From assembly GCA_965112155.1 (NCBI GenBank), contig OZ218098.1: 64,000 bases of DNA; one strand, written 5' to 3'. Numbering within the stretch: the first letter of the stretch is position 1; every line of letters begins with the position of its first letter. The notes beneath the pieces are model-generated. The model made no database searches. It had not been told where the DNA came from and saw nothing but the letters and a program-made list of their open reading frames with translations. This document shows positions 14,420-26,443 of this stretch, piece by piece. Made by a program: the position numbers and the translations under genes. This DNA comes from Podarcis liolepis. Its lineage: Eukaryota.

Positions 14420-14690
14420 GGAACCTATCCAATCATTGGTTGCAGCAACCAGAATAGAAATTGCCCAAAGCTGGAAAACAGCCACAAGATACCCCAGCCT
14501 TTGCCCAAATGGTGTCCTCCAGATGTTTGGACTACAACTCCCATTGGCACCAGCCATCCAAAAGGCATGTGGTTGACGAAGGCTGGACTACACAGTTAAC
14601 AGAAACTCACATATTGCAGTAGATAAACAGGAGGCGTCACTAAAGAAGGTTTATTTATGTGGTCTTCATTTAAATCATGTGTAAATGAAT
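14420..14690 (+). mobile_element. Decayed L1-like ORF2 C-terminal relic, interrupted by a small MITE (~14493-14586)
   Basis: Reads IQSLVAATRIEIAQSWKT, similar to the ATRILVPKWK motif of the relic at 48020. Confidence 0.45.
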
Positions 14691-14752
14691 GGTTTCCTGG
14701 GCAAAGACCATTGGCTGTCTACTCTTTGGATGAGACAACATTGCTTGAAAAG

Positions 14753-14865
14753 AAACATAATTGATAATTACCTATTAAAATACCTGTTAAAATACATTGA
14801 CAAATAGCTTTCATTTGACAATGTATTTTAACAGGTATTTTAACAGGTAATTATCAATTATGTTT
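14753..14865. repeat. Near-perfect AT-rich palindrome: 53-bp arms, 7-nt spacer
   Basis: Arms 14753-14805 and 14813-14865 are reverse complements with 2 mismatches. Confidence 0.95.
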
Positions 14866-16973
14866 TCCCCATTGAGTAGACACTATTTACAGTTGCTATT
14901 TTGTTCATAATTTCTGTAGAAATTCAGTAAAAAAAATTGCAAATATTTTTTGTTATTATTCTTTAGATTTAATCCTTCAGTTTAATCCAGTCTTCAGGGA
15001 GTATGACAATTTATATTATTGTATGATATGGCTTCAGCTACGTTCCACAGAGTTCATTGTGTGAGAATTAAAACTTGTTCTCTCATGGAAATTAATGGGA
15101 GTTAAAAGTGCTAGACTTTGGCTGGACTGTGTCTACTTATTTATAAATAGCTTTTAAGTAAATGGTCTAGGATTCTATCTTAAGCCTTCCATTCAAGCTC
15201 CATGTGCACTCCTTTGAGTCCGTGGAACTCCTATCAAGACATTAAATTATGAGAAACACATTGTTCATAAGAGCCTGTTTAGTAAATTAGGTGATATGAT
15301 AAAAGGATGCACAAAGTCGATAGGCATTGTCTGAAAGAGGTGCCTTCCTTCTAATGCTTTAATCTACAACTCAGGATTGCTAGAAATATAACAGGGCCAC
15401 CATAGTTTCTGGGCTACTTTTCAAGTAGGATGCTTTAAGTGTTATCGGAACCATTACCATTGAAGGGAAAAAGTGTATTGTTTCTTATCCGTCCCACCAT
15501 TTTTTGCATAGCTTGCATGTTCATTTTTATTTTTTTAATAGGGCCCCCTTTCTATATCTGTATACATTCTTGGTTATTATGCAGAGAGTGCTGCCTTGGG
15601 AAATCAACTAACTATGCAAACCTACTGTATAATTAAATGATGAGAACAAAGAAAAGATTTTTATCCTTTCGGAAACACAGAAAGCTAACAGAATCGTGAA
15701 GTTACCAAAACATAGTTCTTGCCAATGGAAATGGAATTCATCTGATTCATTTGCTGGGGAAATGCCTGCATTAAAAATTTGTGTTGTGCAGGCTAAGAAA
15801 TTAAAACTAGTGCTGCGCCAAATTTGCATGAGGTTTGGGATTTGATGCAAAAAAGAGGGGTTTGGGGGATTTCAGAAAGCTCGCTGGGGGAAAAAAACTT
15901 GTCAGACATTGGGTAGACTTGTAGATGGACCACCACTGGGAGTCTAGTTCTGGTACAAGCAGGCTGAGGTCTAAAGATTCAGAGGCAGATGATGTGGTCA
16001 CAACATGCTGTGCTCAGGTTCATGTGAGAACAAGGCCAGAAGCATAGGCAATGAGTGTTTTGCGTGGGTGTTGCGTTCCTGACCCCATACATGTTGGCAG
16101 AGCGCATGTTAACTCCATTACGCCCCTGCCTCTGTTCCATCCCCTTTTCTGGCCACTTCCGGGTTGCAGCAGTGTGTGTCGTCATGCTTAAATTGGTTGT
16201 TGCCTGTACTCAGTGTGGTGATGGACAAGTTGTTAGTGAGATACTAGACTGCAAGAGAGAAAGTCTTCATTGGGAATTGTTGCAATGAGTTGCCCACATA
16301 ATGCCTTGCTGATTGAGGCCTATCATTTCGATCTCTGTATTGTATTTGAAGGTAATGGATTTCATTTTATATTATTGCCAGCTGATGAAGAATTATCATT
16401 GAAACAGTTCATTATCCTGGAAGAACTGTTCTGTCTGCTGCTGTGCTCGGAGCACCCTTTTGTGATGTTTGGAGCACCTACCATCTCACTTCTGTGTTGC
16501 TGTTCTCGCTCTTGACAACATTTTGGATATGATATTTCCTGTGAAAAGGCATTCAGCCTCAATTTCAGCCATTCTTTATATATACATACCATTCTAATCA
16601 TTCTGCTTATGGAATAGTTACTTGACTTATCAGTTTGTGACTCCCTACACCGTTTATGAATTTTGAAACCGTTTGATAGTGTTATATAAATATTGTCAAT
16701 ATATTATTAGCCTACGTGTTGCTTGATGTTGTTCAGATTGCTGATTGAGGGAGCAAGGGTCCTGGGCTCTACTGCCTGGATCCCTGGTTTTACTGCTTTG
16801 GCAACTTACAAAACCTTTCCTTGGTCGTCTTTCATGATGGCTCACATCTATAGGAAAACACTGATAATGTTGCTGCTACAGCGCCATTTTTTAGACCTGT
16901 CTTCTCCCTTCCTTCCTTCTTACAATCAGTTAGGGTCACAAGGTGATATTATCCCCAAGCCACCACAATCATT

Positions 16974-17190
16974 TAGTAAGCCCACAACTTACATGGGGGT
17001 TGCGTTCTGCAGGTCATGCCTAAATCCAAAATTGTGTATAGTCAAAACACGTTGGGTTCAATTGTGGGTGGGATTGCCAAAGTCATTTTTTAAGGAATCC
17101 CGTCCCCTTTCCACACACTTTTTTATTTTTTGCCACACGTGTAAAGCTGAATGCGCCCAAGTTAAATGTGCCTAAATTGCGGGGTTACTG
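16974..17190. mobile_element. Old pogo/Tigger-like MITE
   Basis: Degenerate TIRs tagtaagcccacaactta and taaattgcggggttactg. Confidence 0.5.
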
Positions 17191-17231
17191 GAATTAGATG
17201 TGATTATTTGATGATATCATGGAGGGCACAG

Positions 17232-17376
17232 CAATGGCGTAGCGTGGGGGGTGCAGGGGGGCCAGCTGCACCGGGCGCAACATCTGGGGGTTAGGGTTAG
17301 GGGGCGCAAATCCACGGGTTAGGGGGCGAAATTACTTGCCTTGCCCCGGGTGCTGACAACCCACGCTACGCCACTG
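17232..17376. mobile_element. Young hAT MITE (145 bp) with TTAGGG-like interior
   Basis: TIRs caatggcgtagcgtggg and cccacgctacgccactg. Perfect 8-bp TSD gggcacag (17224-17231, 17377-17384). Confidence 0.92.
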
Positions 17377-17816
17377 GGGCACAGAAAGGCCTCCCATTCT
17401 TCTGATCAAGAAGGATCACGCTCCTATTCTCCAAGCAACTGAGAGGTGTTCCCTATGCTGTAGAGGAAATAGGACATTCCTCTTTCCTCATTTCCACCCT
17501 TCCAGCTCAAACCACTTAGGATTGCAGCCTAATTTCTGGGATGACAATTTCTTGGCTCAAATCTCAGAGCTGAGAGCATTTTTTAAAAAATGTGGGGCTT
17601 TTGTTTTTGTTTTTTGTTTTGTTTACAAAAAGTCACCTCTTCACAAAACTTTCCCTTATCTCCCAAAGAAGATCCTTGGAGAATGTTAAGAAGAATATGC
17701 AATGCCTTTGTGTTATAATTGTTCTCTTCTCTGAGCACATTTTGCACGGGAACACTTTATACTTCAATAATTGTAGAGATCAAATGTATTTACCAGGCTT
17801 CTCTATCATCTTACAG

Positions 17817-17865
17817 GTCTTGTAGAAATTTGTCTGATGCACCCCCTCGATGTGGTGAAAACCAG
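17817..17865 (+). CDS. SLC25A21: SLC25A21 coding exon 2 (49 nt), mitochondrial 2-oxodicarboxylate carrier
   Basis: Acceptor ...ctatcatcttacAG and donor GTaagg. Translates (G)LVEICLMHPLDVVKT(R), matching the recalled vertebrate SLC25A21 sequence and containing the SLC25 signature Px[DE]xx[KR]x[KR]. Phase 1 in, phase 2 out. Confidence 0.96.
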
Positions 17866-18479
17866 GTAAGGTTCTGCTTGAACAAGTTTTATTGACACTG
17901 GAAGACATCCAAATTGGAAGCTGTCAGAACTTAAAAAGCTAGAACTTGTCCAAGTAAGATAACTTCTCCCTTTAATGGCATTTATATTTACTTACTGTTT
18001 TTCATAGCATTTGACAGGCAGAATTTGAATAGCATGATGCATTTCTGCTTGGAGGTCATCTGGAGGTGCTAAATACTTCTTTATTAAATGTACTCTTCAT
18101 GTGACAGCCTGAGATCCTATTCTATTAAAAGTGAAGCGGGGAGGCAGCATGGTTATATTTTCTTTCCTACCATATTTATCATGTGAAGTAATGTTTTGAC
18201 TTGAAACTAGAAATGTCATGTTGCCTTAAAAATAATATTGATGGTAAATGTGGCCTGAGACAGTTAGTTGTGTTTTCAAAACTCAGCAAAAATGAGATTT
18301 ATTTTTCCCCAAACCTGTATTTGCACATGTCTGTTGGGTGGTTTCATGCTTGCTACCTACCGGGCACATTCAGTGACTTCCAACCATACATTTGTGGCTG
18401 GGCAATTACACTGGCTTGTCAGTTTGGAAAAACACTAGCCCAAACATTTCATTTCAAATAATAATAATAATAATAATAA

Positions 18480-18925
18480 TTGTTGTTGACCTCCGTCTGT
18501 CTCAAAAGACAATGAAAGGTGCCTCCAAGGATGAAGTCAAACCACTCCATTAGCAGCCCCGGTGACCTCCCTAGGGTGCAAGCCTGGGCAGGGTTTATGG
18601 AGGTCCTGGGCTGCCCAGATGATAAGACCCTCTGATCTGGTCCAAAGGAAACCAAAACACGGTTTGGCCCAGCTTGGCTACAGGAGTTTCCAGAAGGAGG
18701 TGTACAAGGCGTCATCCTACCATCTGGATTTGTATAGGGTTTACTCCTTAGCCTTTTCTTGTCCCAAAGATATCCTACAAGGCAGCAGAGGTTTAAGATC
18801 AAATATTTTACCCCTTCCTAGATGAACTACCTTTCCCATCTGCCCCCACACTTCCCTCTGCAGCACATGCAGAAACCAACTTCTTGACCATTGGACCCAC
18901 TATTGGTCTCATTCACTCCATCTGC
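18480..18925 (-). mobile_element. RTE-derived non-autonomous element (3' end plus 5'-UTR-like part)
   Basis: Left part resembles the RTE 3' end at 61385 (aagacaatg…aagtcaaacca). Adjacent (TAA)n tract. Right part resembles an RTE 5' UTR from memory. Confidence 0.5.
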
Positions 18926-18947
18926 CAGGTAGTAATAGTAGCAGTAG

Positions 18948-19134
18948 GTAAACGGTGTTTCCATGTACTCTGGGTTCTGTCACACTTCTGGGTTGTGCCA
19001 GAAGCAGAAAGCAGACCCGGAAAGCTGTCTGTGGACAAACACCGGCTCCCTCGGCCTGAAAGCGAGATGAACACCGCAACCCCATAGTTGCCTTTGACTG
19101 GACTTAACCGTCCAGCGGTCCTTTACCTTTTACC
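18948..19134 (+). mobile_element. 5'-truncated Sauria SINE
   Basis: 3' half with cctttaccttttacc tail. 12-bp TSD tagtagcagtag (18936-18947, 19135-19146). Confidence 0.88.
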
Positions 19135-22100
19135 TAGTAGCAGTAGTAATGATGATGATAATGTTTTAGGTTACAGAGGAAAATTGCAGCAGAAAATTGC
19201 ACCATATGTTGTCAAGTTAAACACGAGTCCCATTAATTTCAAGGGTCAAACAAGACTTGATGGGGATGGTCATGTGTATTTTTTTACAAGTCTGCCCCAT
19301 TAATGAAGTGTGGGGTGGTTTGTTTTTTATATGAAAAGGTCTGGTGAATAAAGGACTCTAACACCCCCCTGTACTGTGCTCTAATGCATCAAGGAATTTT
19401 CTTTCCAATCCAGCTCACTTCCCCTATCCAAGATAGGCTGGGATTGAATTGCTTTAAGGTAAGATAGGGGAATCAAGGCCTTTGTCTGCCTCCATCATCC
19501 CAGGTTTGGCTCTAAATTTGGCTGGCCATTGCCTCTTCTTTCAGTTTTGACAGACTTCGGCATTGCGTCAACAGAGCGTTGGATACAAAGCAATTTTGTG
19601 CTAACACTTGTGCTATTTCTTCATCACAAAGCAATGAAAGCAAGGACAGATGGAATAAACCAGGAAAAATAAAATAATAAATATTTGCATGGATTTATAA
19701 GTGATTTTTCTTCTCCTTGTCCTTTGTGTTTGCATCTACAAATATTTGTGTAGTTGAGTTTTGCTGGCGTAAAGTTTCCTGAAAGAGAAACTTCTGTGTT
19801 GCCTGAGCAAGTATCCTCAGATACCAAGCTGTCAGTTCAGATGCATATGTTTGCCCTCAGTTACCTGGGCTTCATCTTAAGGGGGGGGGACGGGGACGAC
19901 AAAAACCATATTGTTCAGATAGGCATATACAATCAGTAAATAAAGACTTGCTCAGTCAAAAAAGCAAAAACTTTCAAAGTACAAATACTGTAGATCCCTC
20001 CTGTCCATTTTGCAGAAATTCATCAAGCAGAAAACAATTTTACAATTTCCCAAATGTAGTTATCTCCCCATTCTAATTCTGCTATGTTTGAGCAACGTGC
20101 ATTTGAAAACTGAATCATGCACACGCTTACTGGGTATTGGACAGACACCTTCTTAGATTCAAGAAAAGTCTGTTTTCACATTGAACCCTGTTGGGGAGGG
20201 AGAGAATGCTACCATAAGCAGCTGGGTGTTCTGCAAGAAGTTGGAAGAAACTGTTTGTACTTTTACATTTTGCTGCTTATCGTTTTTGGAATATGTTGGC
20301 AGCTTTGGAGTGCTCCTCAACCAGTGTACAGGAAAAGCAGGATACAGAGACACACTCATCTCTGATTACCTGTGGCCCACCACAGGAAGGGCCATAGACC
20401 AGAAAGAAGAACCGTAGGACCCTAGTAGAAGTGTTCAAGGTCCTGGGTGTAATGCCAAGCATCTCCAGGCAGAGTTGGGAAAGGCCTTGAGAGCTGCTAT
20501 CAGTTGCTGAGCTAGAGGAACCGATGGTCTGACTCCATATTCCTATGCTGCTGCTGGCATGGCAACTCTGAATGTGATCTGCATCACTTTCAAACATTTT
20601 GACTCATACATAGTGTACTGCCATGTGGAAGTATTTTTCCTGCAAACAACATCCTGTGCATATAAAAATAGATTATGAGGATGAAGGGATCCAAATCTGC
20701 CTAATCTTCTGCCAGACATGCTAATATTTGGGCTATATCTCAATAGCGGAGCCGCTGCTTTGCATGCAAAAGGTTCCAGGTCCCATCTCGGGCAGGTAGA
20801 GGTGGGAAAGACTCTCCTCCCAGAGAGTAGCTCTTAAAAATTGTATGAATGAGAGAGAGCGCATGAAAACAGACATTTGCCATCTGAAGTGATTTCAGAT
20901 CTACTTATAGCCCAGCAAGAACTATTTTGCTCTTTTTGTAGGTTGGACCATAGGCAAACCATGATGAAAAATATTTTGAGTTGAAGAATCCCATAAGGAT
21001 TTAAGATTAGAGTGAGCATAGGGACACAATAATGAAGCAACTTTGGCCAGCTCACTTTTAACCAAATTACATTAAGTAAGCACTCCTGGGTTTTGAGAGT
21101 TTTTTTGATGTATTGCATTATCTAGCTTTCATAGCTTGCTACTGCCTGCTACTTAAAACAATACTCTAGGTCAAAAGCTTTTGGACTGAACATGACTGAA
21201 CATGTTCCATAGCAAGAGCCCATTTCTAGCAAAAGACTAATCTCACATTTATTTCTACCGGCTATTCTGTTCCAGTTTATTCTTGTGTCCTAACTTCTGA
21301 TGTTTTGGCCTTATTAGAGTAGCTGTGTTTCCTACATGTGTTTCTGATCGCTTTCCAGCTGTTGTTTTGTAAGTGCTTTTGCCCTCTTTGATTCTTTGCA
21401 TTTTTTCTAGTTAAGTAAGCACTGCTGAAATTTATTCTAAAAATGCTCAAGTTCAAGGTAGTTATTACTATCTGGTGCTTCTTTGTTTCTAACCTTACGT
21501 GGATTCACAATGGTGACCAATTTTGGTGGTCTTGTTAAATAGCGTATATTGTATGTAGCTAGGACAATTCATAAGCCCTGTGCCAAGTCTGAAGTGTATT
21601 ATTCATTTATTCATTCATTCTTTTATACATACTGTTATTGGTCCTTATTGAGTGCCATTATAAGATTCTCTAGTTGGCTGTCTGTTTTTAGCATTCAGAA
21701 TATGTTTTCTTATAAAATCTTTTGTTTCACCATGGGACTTTATCTGGCTTAGGGTCATTTCAATGTGGATGTCTTCCAAGGTGCCATCATTTGCTTGCTG
21801 TTTTGCTTCCACTTAGAATCGCTTAGAAATTAATATGGGCGTGTTGACTAATAATTCCAACTCAGTAACCTGTTCCAAGTTAACTCTTGCCCCCAGATTG
21901 AAGAATGCTGTTGAAATGCAAGCTAAACATATGATTTATTTTAACGAGTTTCTAGTTATCTACGGAGATAACACCAAAGGTCTGGGTGTTGATTTTGGCC
22001 AATATTTTCTTAGGCCACCCTGCAGATCGGCTCCACCAAGACTCTGTTGAACAGGTGGCAGAGCATGCTAGGCACAAGAAAAGTTTGTTTTGCCACCATT

Positions 22101-22554
22101 GTTTAGCTGCATTGTCTTACTGAGGTATTGTGTGTTGAGATGAACAAAAGACTCCTCTATCAGAGTAGTAGCAAAGTAGGTGTCGGCGGAGCAGGGCGGG
22201 GGACTTGTATATTACAAAGCTGCTTCGGGCATGGAGCCCCTTTTGAGATTCCTGGCAGTGTTTTGCAGGGTAGTGTTTCACTCCATAGGCATGCATAGCA
22301 ACCAATCACATATATGGGGAAAAGGAGGGGGTGTCATTTGAAAGACACAAGCAGAGTGGAGGCTAAGTGTTTTTCCTGCAGCTGATCCCTGACACTAAGA
22401 AGCAAGGCTTCTCTTATATTTACTGTGCAGTCATTGGATTTCTATTGGTCACACTAAAGTATTCTGTAATGTCAGAAGCTGCTTTTTTATATACAGATGG
22501 TTTCACAAAGCCATAGGTGTGACTGTGCTAGCATGTTGATCATCACATCTTAGT

Positions 22555-22921
22555 GGGACACGGGTGGCACTGTGGTCTAAACCACTGAGCCTCTTCAGCT
22601 TGCTGATTGGAAAGTCGGCGGTTCGAATCCCTGCAACAGACTGAGCTCCCGTTGCTCTGTCCCAGCTCCTGCCAACCTAGCAGCTCAAAAGCACACCGGT
22701 GCAAGTAGATAAATAGGCACCACTGTGGTGTTTCCATGCACTCTGGTTTCCATCACAGTGTTCCATTGTACCAGAAGCGGTTTAGTCATGCTGGCCACAT
22801 GACCCGGAAAGCTGTCTGTGGACAAACGCCGGTTCCCTCAGCCTGAAAAGTGAGATGAGCGCCGCAACCCCAGAGTCGCCTTTGACTGGACTTAACCATT
22901 CAGGGGTCCTTTACCTTACCT
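22555..22921 (+). mobile_element. Sauria SINE, full length (second subfamily)
   Basis: tRNA-like head, core, and ACCTT tail. Confidence 0.9.
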
Positions 22922-24736
22922 TTTTTTAATTGCACCTTGCTCTTTCAACAGCCCACCCAAACCATGGTCAGCTCCAGGCAGGTTTGAGGGGACCTTGCCA
23001 AAGTGCTCTTTAGTGGTCCTGCTCCTATCTGGTTGAGTCCTAGTGGGAAGCAGCAGGCAGCAGCAGTGCTTTGAATCAGCACTGAATGTCACTGTTTAAA
23101 TTTTCTGCAGTGCCCCTAATGCATTTCTCCAGGACATTATGTGAAAATAAACTGGTCCACCACTGATAGGTGATTCAATGGACAGATTTATTTATTTTTA
23201 ATGTGGGGAGGCAGGACATACATCAGTGGTGGGCCCTGCTGGTGGTGTTTGGGCCCTTTCAACTACCCCATAATGCGACATACTGATGAAAACCACCCAC
23301 TTCTTCCTTCATATATTTGCTGTGGTGATGTGAGCTTCTGCAATCTATTGATGGATGGATGCAATAGCTGGTCAAATTAAGAAAGACATAAACCACATGG
23401 ACAGGCTTAATCCTTTTTGTGAAATTCAATCATCCATCAGTTTAGGACAGTACCTGATATAGCTAAGTAGATAGCACAGTTTCCAATTATTACATGTAGA
23501 GTCCCCCCAACCCAAAATGGCAAATAGTCATAAGCGCCATGTGTAGGATAAGAAGATGCATGTGAATTCCTGAGCATGTCTCCATAATAAATTCACCCCC
23601 ACCACCACTTTCTCACCTCATGGAGCAGATACAGTTTTATCTGAGGTTTTTTTTAAAAAAGCTCAGCATACAATCCTGTTTTAGACAGGCCTAATATTTG
23701 GTGTTCTCTCACTATATCTGTATGGACTACATTTTGATAATTTTATCAATTCCTTAATTTGAAATATTTTTAGTTCACCCTTCATCAAGCATTCCCAGAC
23801 TGAGGACTAGAGGAATTTAAGGGTAGGAGCAACCGAGGAATAGAGATTCTTTAATATATAGTGTGTTTTCCTTTGCTCTCTTAACGTGTTCTGTATTATA
23901 TTTTATTTATGTATTTTATCTTGTTTTTGTAAAACACCCTGGAATCTCTGCAAAAAGGGTGACATGTTTTAAATAAATAAACACACCTCGTAAAGTTACT
24001 GGCTGGAAGTACAGGGCTTCTAAGTTTGCATTTATGCTGCTTTCCACAACTGGTTAACCTTTCTGTATCACCATGTCCCCAGCAGCCAGAGGAGTGCCCC
24101 TGGTAATTTGTCAAGACTAAAAAGCCGGAGGGTTTCCTTCTGTAATCCACACTGGCAATTACGCCTTTGGAAAGCGCATGCCAGCACAGCGTGTTTGCTT
24201 GCCCTGGTACAGTATCTCTGCTGAGAGAGAAAGGGAAATGTTTTCTTACAGTGGAAAAAGCTGCTGTTGATTAACTCTGGTCTCAGGCTGAAGTTGCAGG
24301 CTTCATTGTGGAAACTGCACAGTTGTTTCATTTGCCCCCCCCCTTGCAAAAAATAAATAAAATTAAAATGTTTTGTTTCATGGTGTAGCCGCACATCTAT
24401 TCTTTCTGCTACGTACATGGTGAATGCAACTTCCGCATGGGGGGGGGATCATTATTGGCTTCCGGATAAGTTACTTCCCCCGTTTTCTGCCTTGAGGATT
24501 AATCTACAGAAAAAGCAGAGGACATAAGTAGCAGGTGCTCTCTAGAATGAGTTCCTGTGGAAACTGGCCAAATTTCCATTCAGAAATCTAACCCCAATGC
24601 TCCTGGCAGTATATTTAGTCTGAATGCAATACTTAGGGAGCTGCCTATGGGGGGAATAATGTGCCTTTTCCAGGCAAGGGTATACAATTACTAAAGGGCT
24701 GTGGGGAAATTGGGTCCTCCCTTAAAGAGTGAGTAT

Positions 24737-25494
24737 TGTGGTGAGACCTGGACAACCGACACCCTGTGTTGTGGGTGGGTACAATTGGTCAGCCACAACA
24801 CCCAATTGGTAGGTCCCTTGAAGCTGGGTACACTCTGGCCAATGGGACGCAGTCTAAATGGTTCGAGGAACCTATTTATGCCCATGCACGTGACCCAGAG
24901 CTTCCTCTTTCGGCACATGCATTCGGAACACCCGCCAACCTCTCCCTACTTTTAAGGCTTGTTTGCTTGACCTTGCTATGCCGTTGTGTGTCGTCTGTTG
25001 TTGGGACAGGGGCACAGCAGGAATTTCCCCCTCTTGGCTGATTGGCTGTTGCCATTTGGGTTTCGCCTGCCGTGTAGCAAATCGTCACAACTTGTAAGGT
25101 TGCGGATAGGCTCTGGTTCAGGTGACAGGGATGGGAGAATGCTCTCGACATCCCTATGTGAAGGGTATTCTGTTAAAGGAATCCAGGGACCCAATCGTTT
25201 GGTCAACTCATGTGAGGAGGTTGTGTCCGTGCCTGAGTCCAGGAGGAAATTTGGGTGGCAGTGTTAGTCCGTGCCTGGCTTTCTGCTTATTCAGGTGTTC
25301 ACCCTTGGCTGACCTATGCTGGTGCCCTGGGTCAGCGCTACCTGCATGGCAGAGAGCTAGTCGAACCAGAGCCTATGCAACCAGTCACCTTCTGTGATCA
25401 ATAAAGTTGTGGCCTAGATTCTGCCAGAAACAAAAACAAAAAAATGAGTCAAGTGTGAATTTATTTAGGGGGGAGGTTTCTGGGTCTGAACACA
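24737..25494 (+). mobile_element. Probable solo LTR (~760 bp)
   Basis: TG…CA ends with imperfect inverted repeat (tgtggtgagacctgg vs ctgggtctgaacaca), several CCAAT/ATTGG boxes, aataaagttgtggcc near 25400, higher GC and CpG than flanks. No TSD found. Confidence 0.55.
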
Positions 25495-26041
25495 CAAAAG
25501 AATGGCTTTTTTCATTGTTGAATAAGACACTCATATTATGTTATTCTATTTAATCAGAGATGTAGGCTGTGTAGGGATATAAGGGGGCAGGTAAGGCATT
25601 GTTTTAATTAGGATGACCCTCCAAGGAGCCTTTCGCCTGGTCACCTGACTACATATCCTTTGGATTTCTATTTAATCTTCCTGAGCTTCCTCTGCCTACC
25701 TGCCTATCTGCTCTCCTTCCACTCTGCCAGTGAGCAGTGGCAAGGAGATAACTGACTGTGCTGCTTTGTGCATCCAGACTTGTCTATGGCATCCTCTTCC
25801 AGGGCGCTTCTATCCATGAGAGCCAAGGACCACCATTGGTCCAGAAACAGAGAAGGTTCAGTAATATTAACGCTTGTTAATATGATGCTCTTTGGGTGGG
25901 GAAAGTGGGGGATGTTCTCCACCTCCAGTAAATATGATATGTCTCCATTAATGATCCCTTCAGGTATACTTCATGCAGTTTTTATTTGTCCATGTGAATG
26001 CAACAACTCACTTGTGCAGCAGAGCAAATGTAGCCACGTGG

Positions 26042-26215
26042 GAACATAGGAAGCTGCCTTATAGAAAGCCAGACGGCTCAATATTATCAATGCTATCGAC
26101 ACTGACTGACAGCAGCTCCCCAGGATTTCAACTAGGGGTCTCTCCTAACCCTGCCTGGACATACCAGGAATTAAACCTGAGACCTTCTGCATGCAAAGCC
26201 TGCATATGACTACTG
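26042..26215 (-). mobile_element. tRNA-derived SINE with CR1-like tail (related copies near 8873, 20395, 20727, 53185, 63215)
   Basis: Shared motifs gctttgcatgcagaaggtc…ggttcaat and ggcagcttcctatgttc. Confidence 0.65.
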
Positions 26216-26364
26216 TGTTGTTGTTTTTCAAAAACCCGTACATTAGGAAATCATAAAAGATATCTGGCAGGAGAAGAGATAGTGGATTATATTTACAAGA
26301 AAAATCTATTTTTATTTGTTTTAAATGGAAATTGGGGTTTGGAAGTGAGCAGATGTTGGCACTT

Positions 26365-26443
26365 GAGGAGGAGGAGGAGGAGGAGGAGGAGGAGGAGAAG
26401 AAGAAGAAGAAGAAGAAGAAGAAGAAGAAGAAGAAGAAGAAGA
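26365..26443. repeat. (GAG)n(GAA)n polypurine tract
   Basis: Direct reading. Confidence 0.95.

Noticed and set aside
16723-17175. 150-aa ORF
   Set aside because: Non-ATG start, no recognisable domain, and the second half runs through an old MITE.
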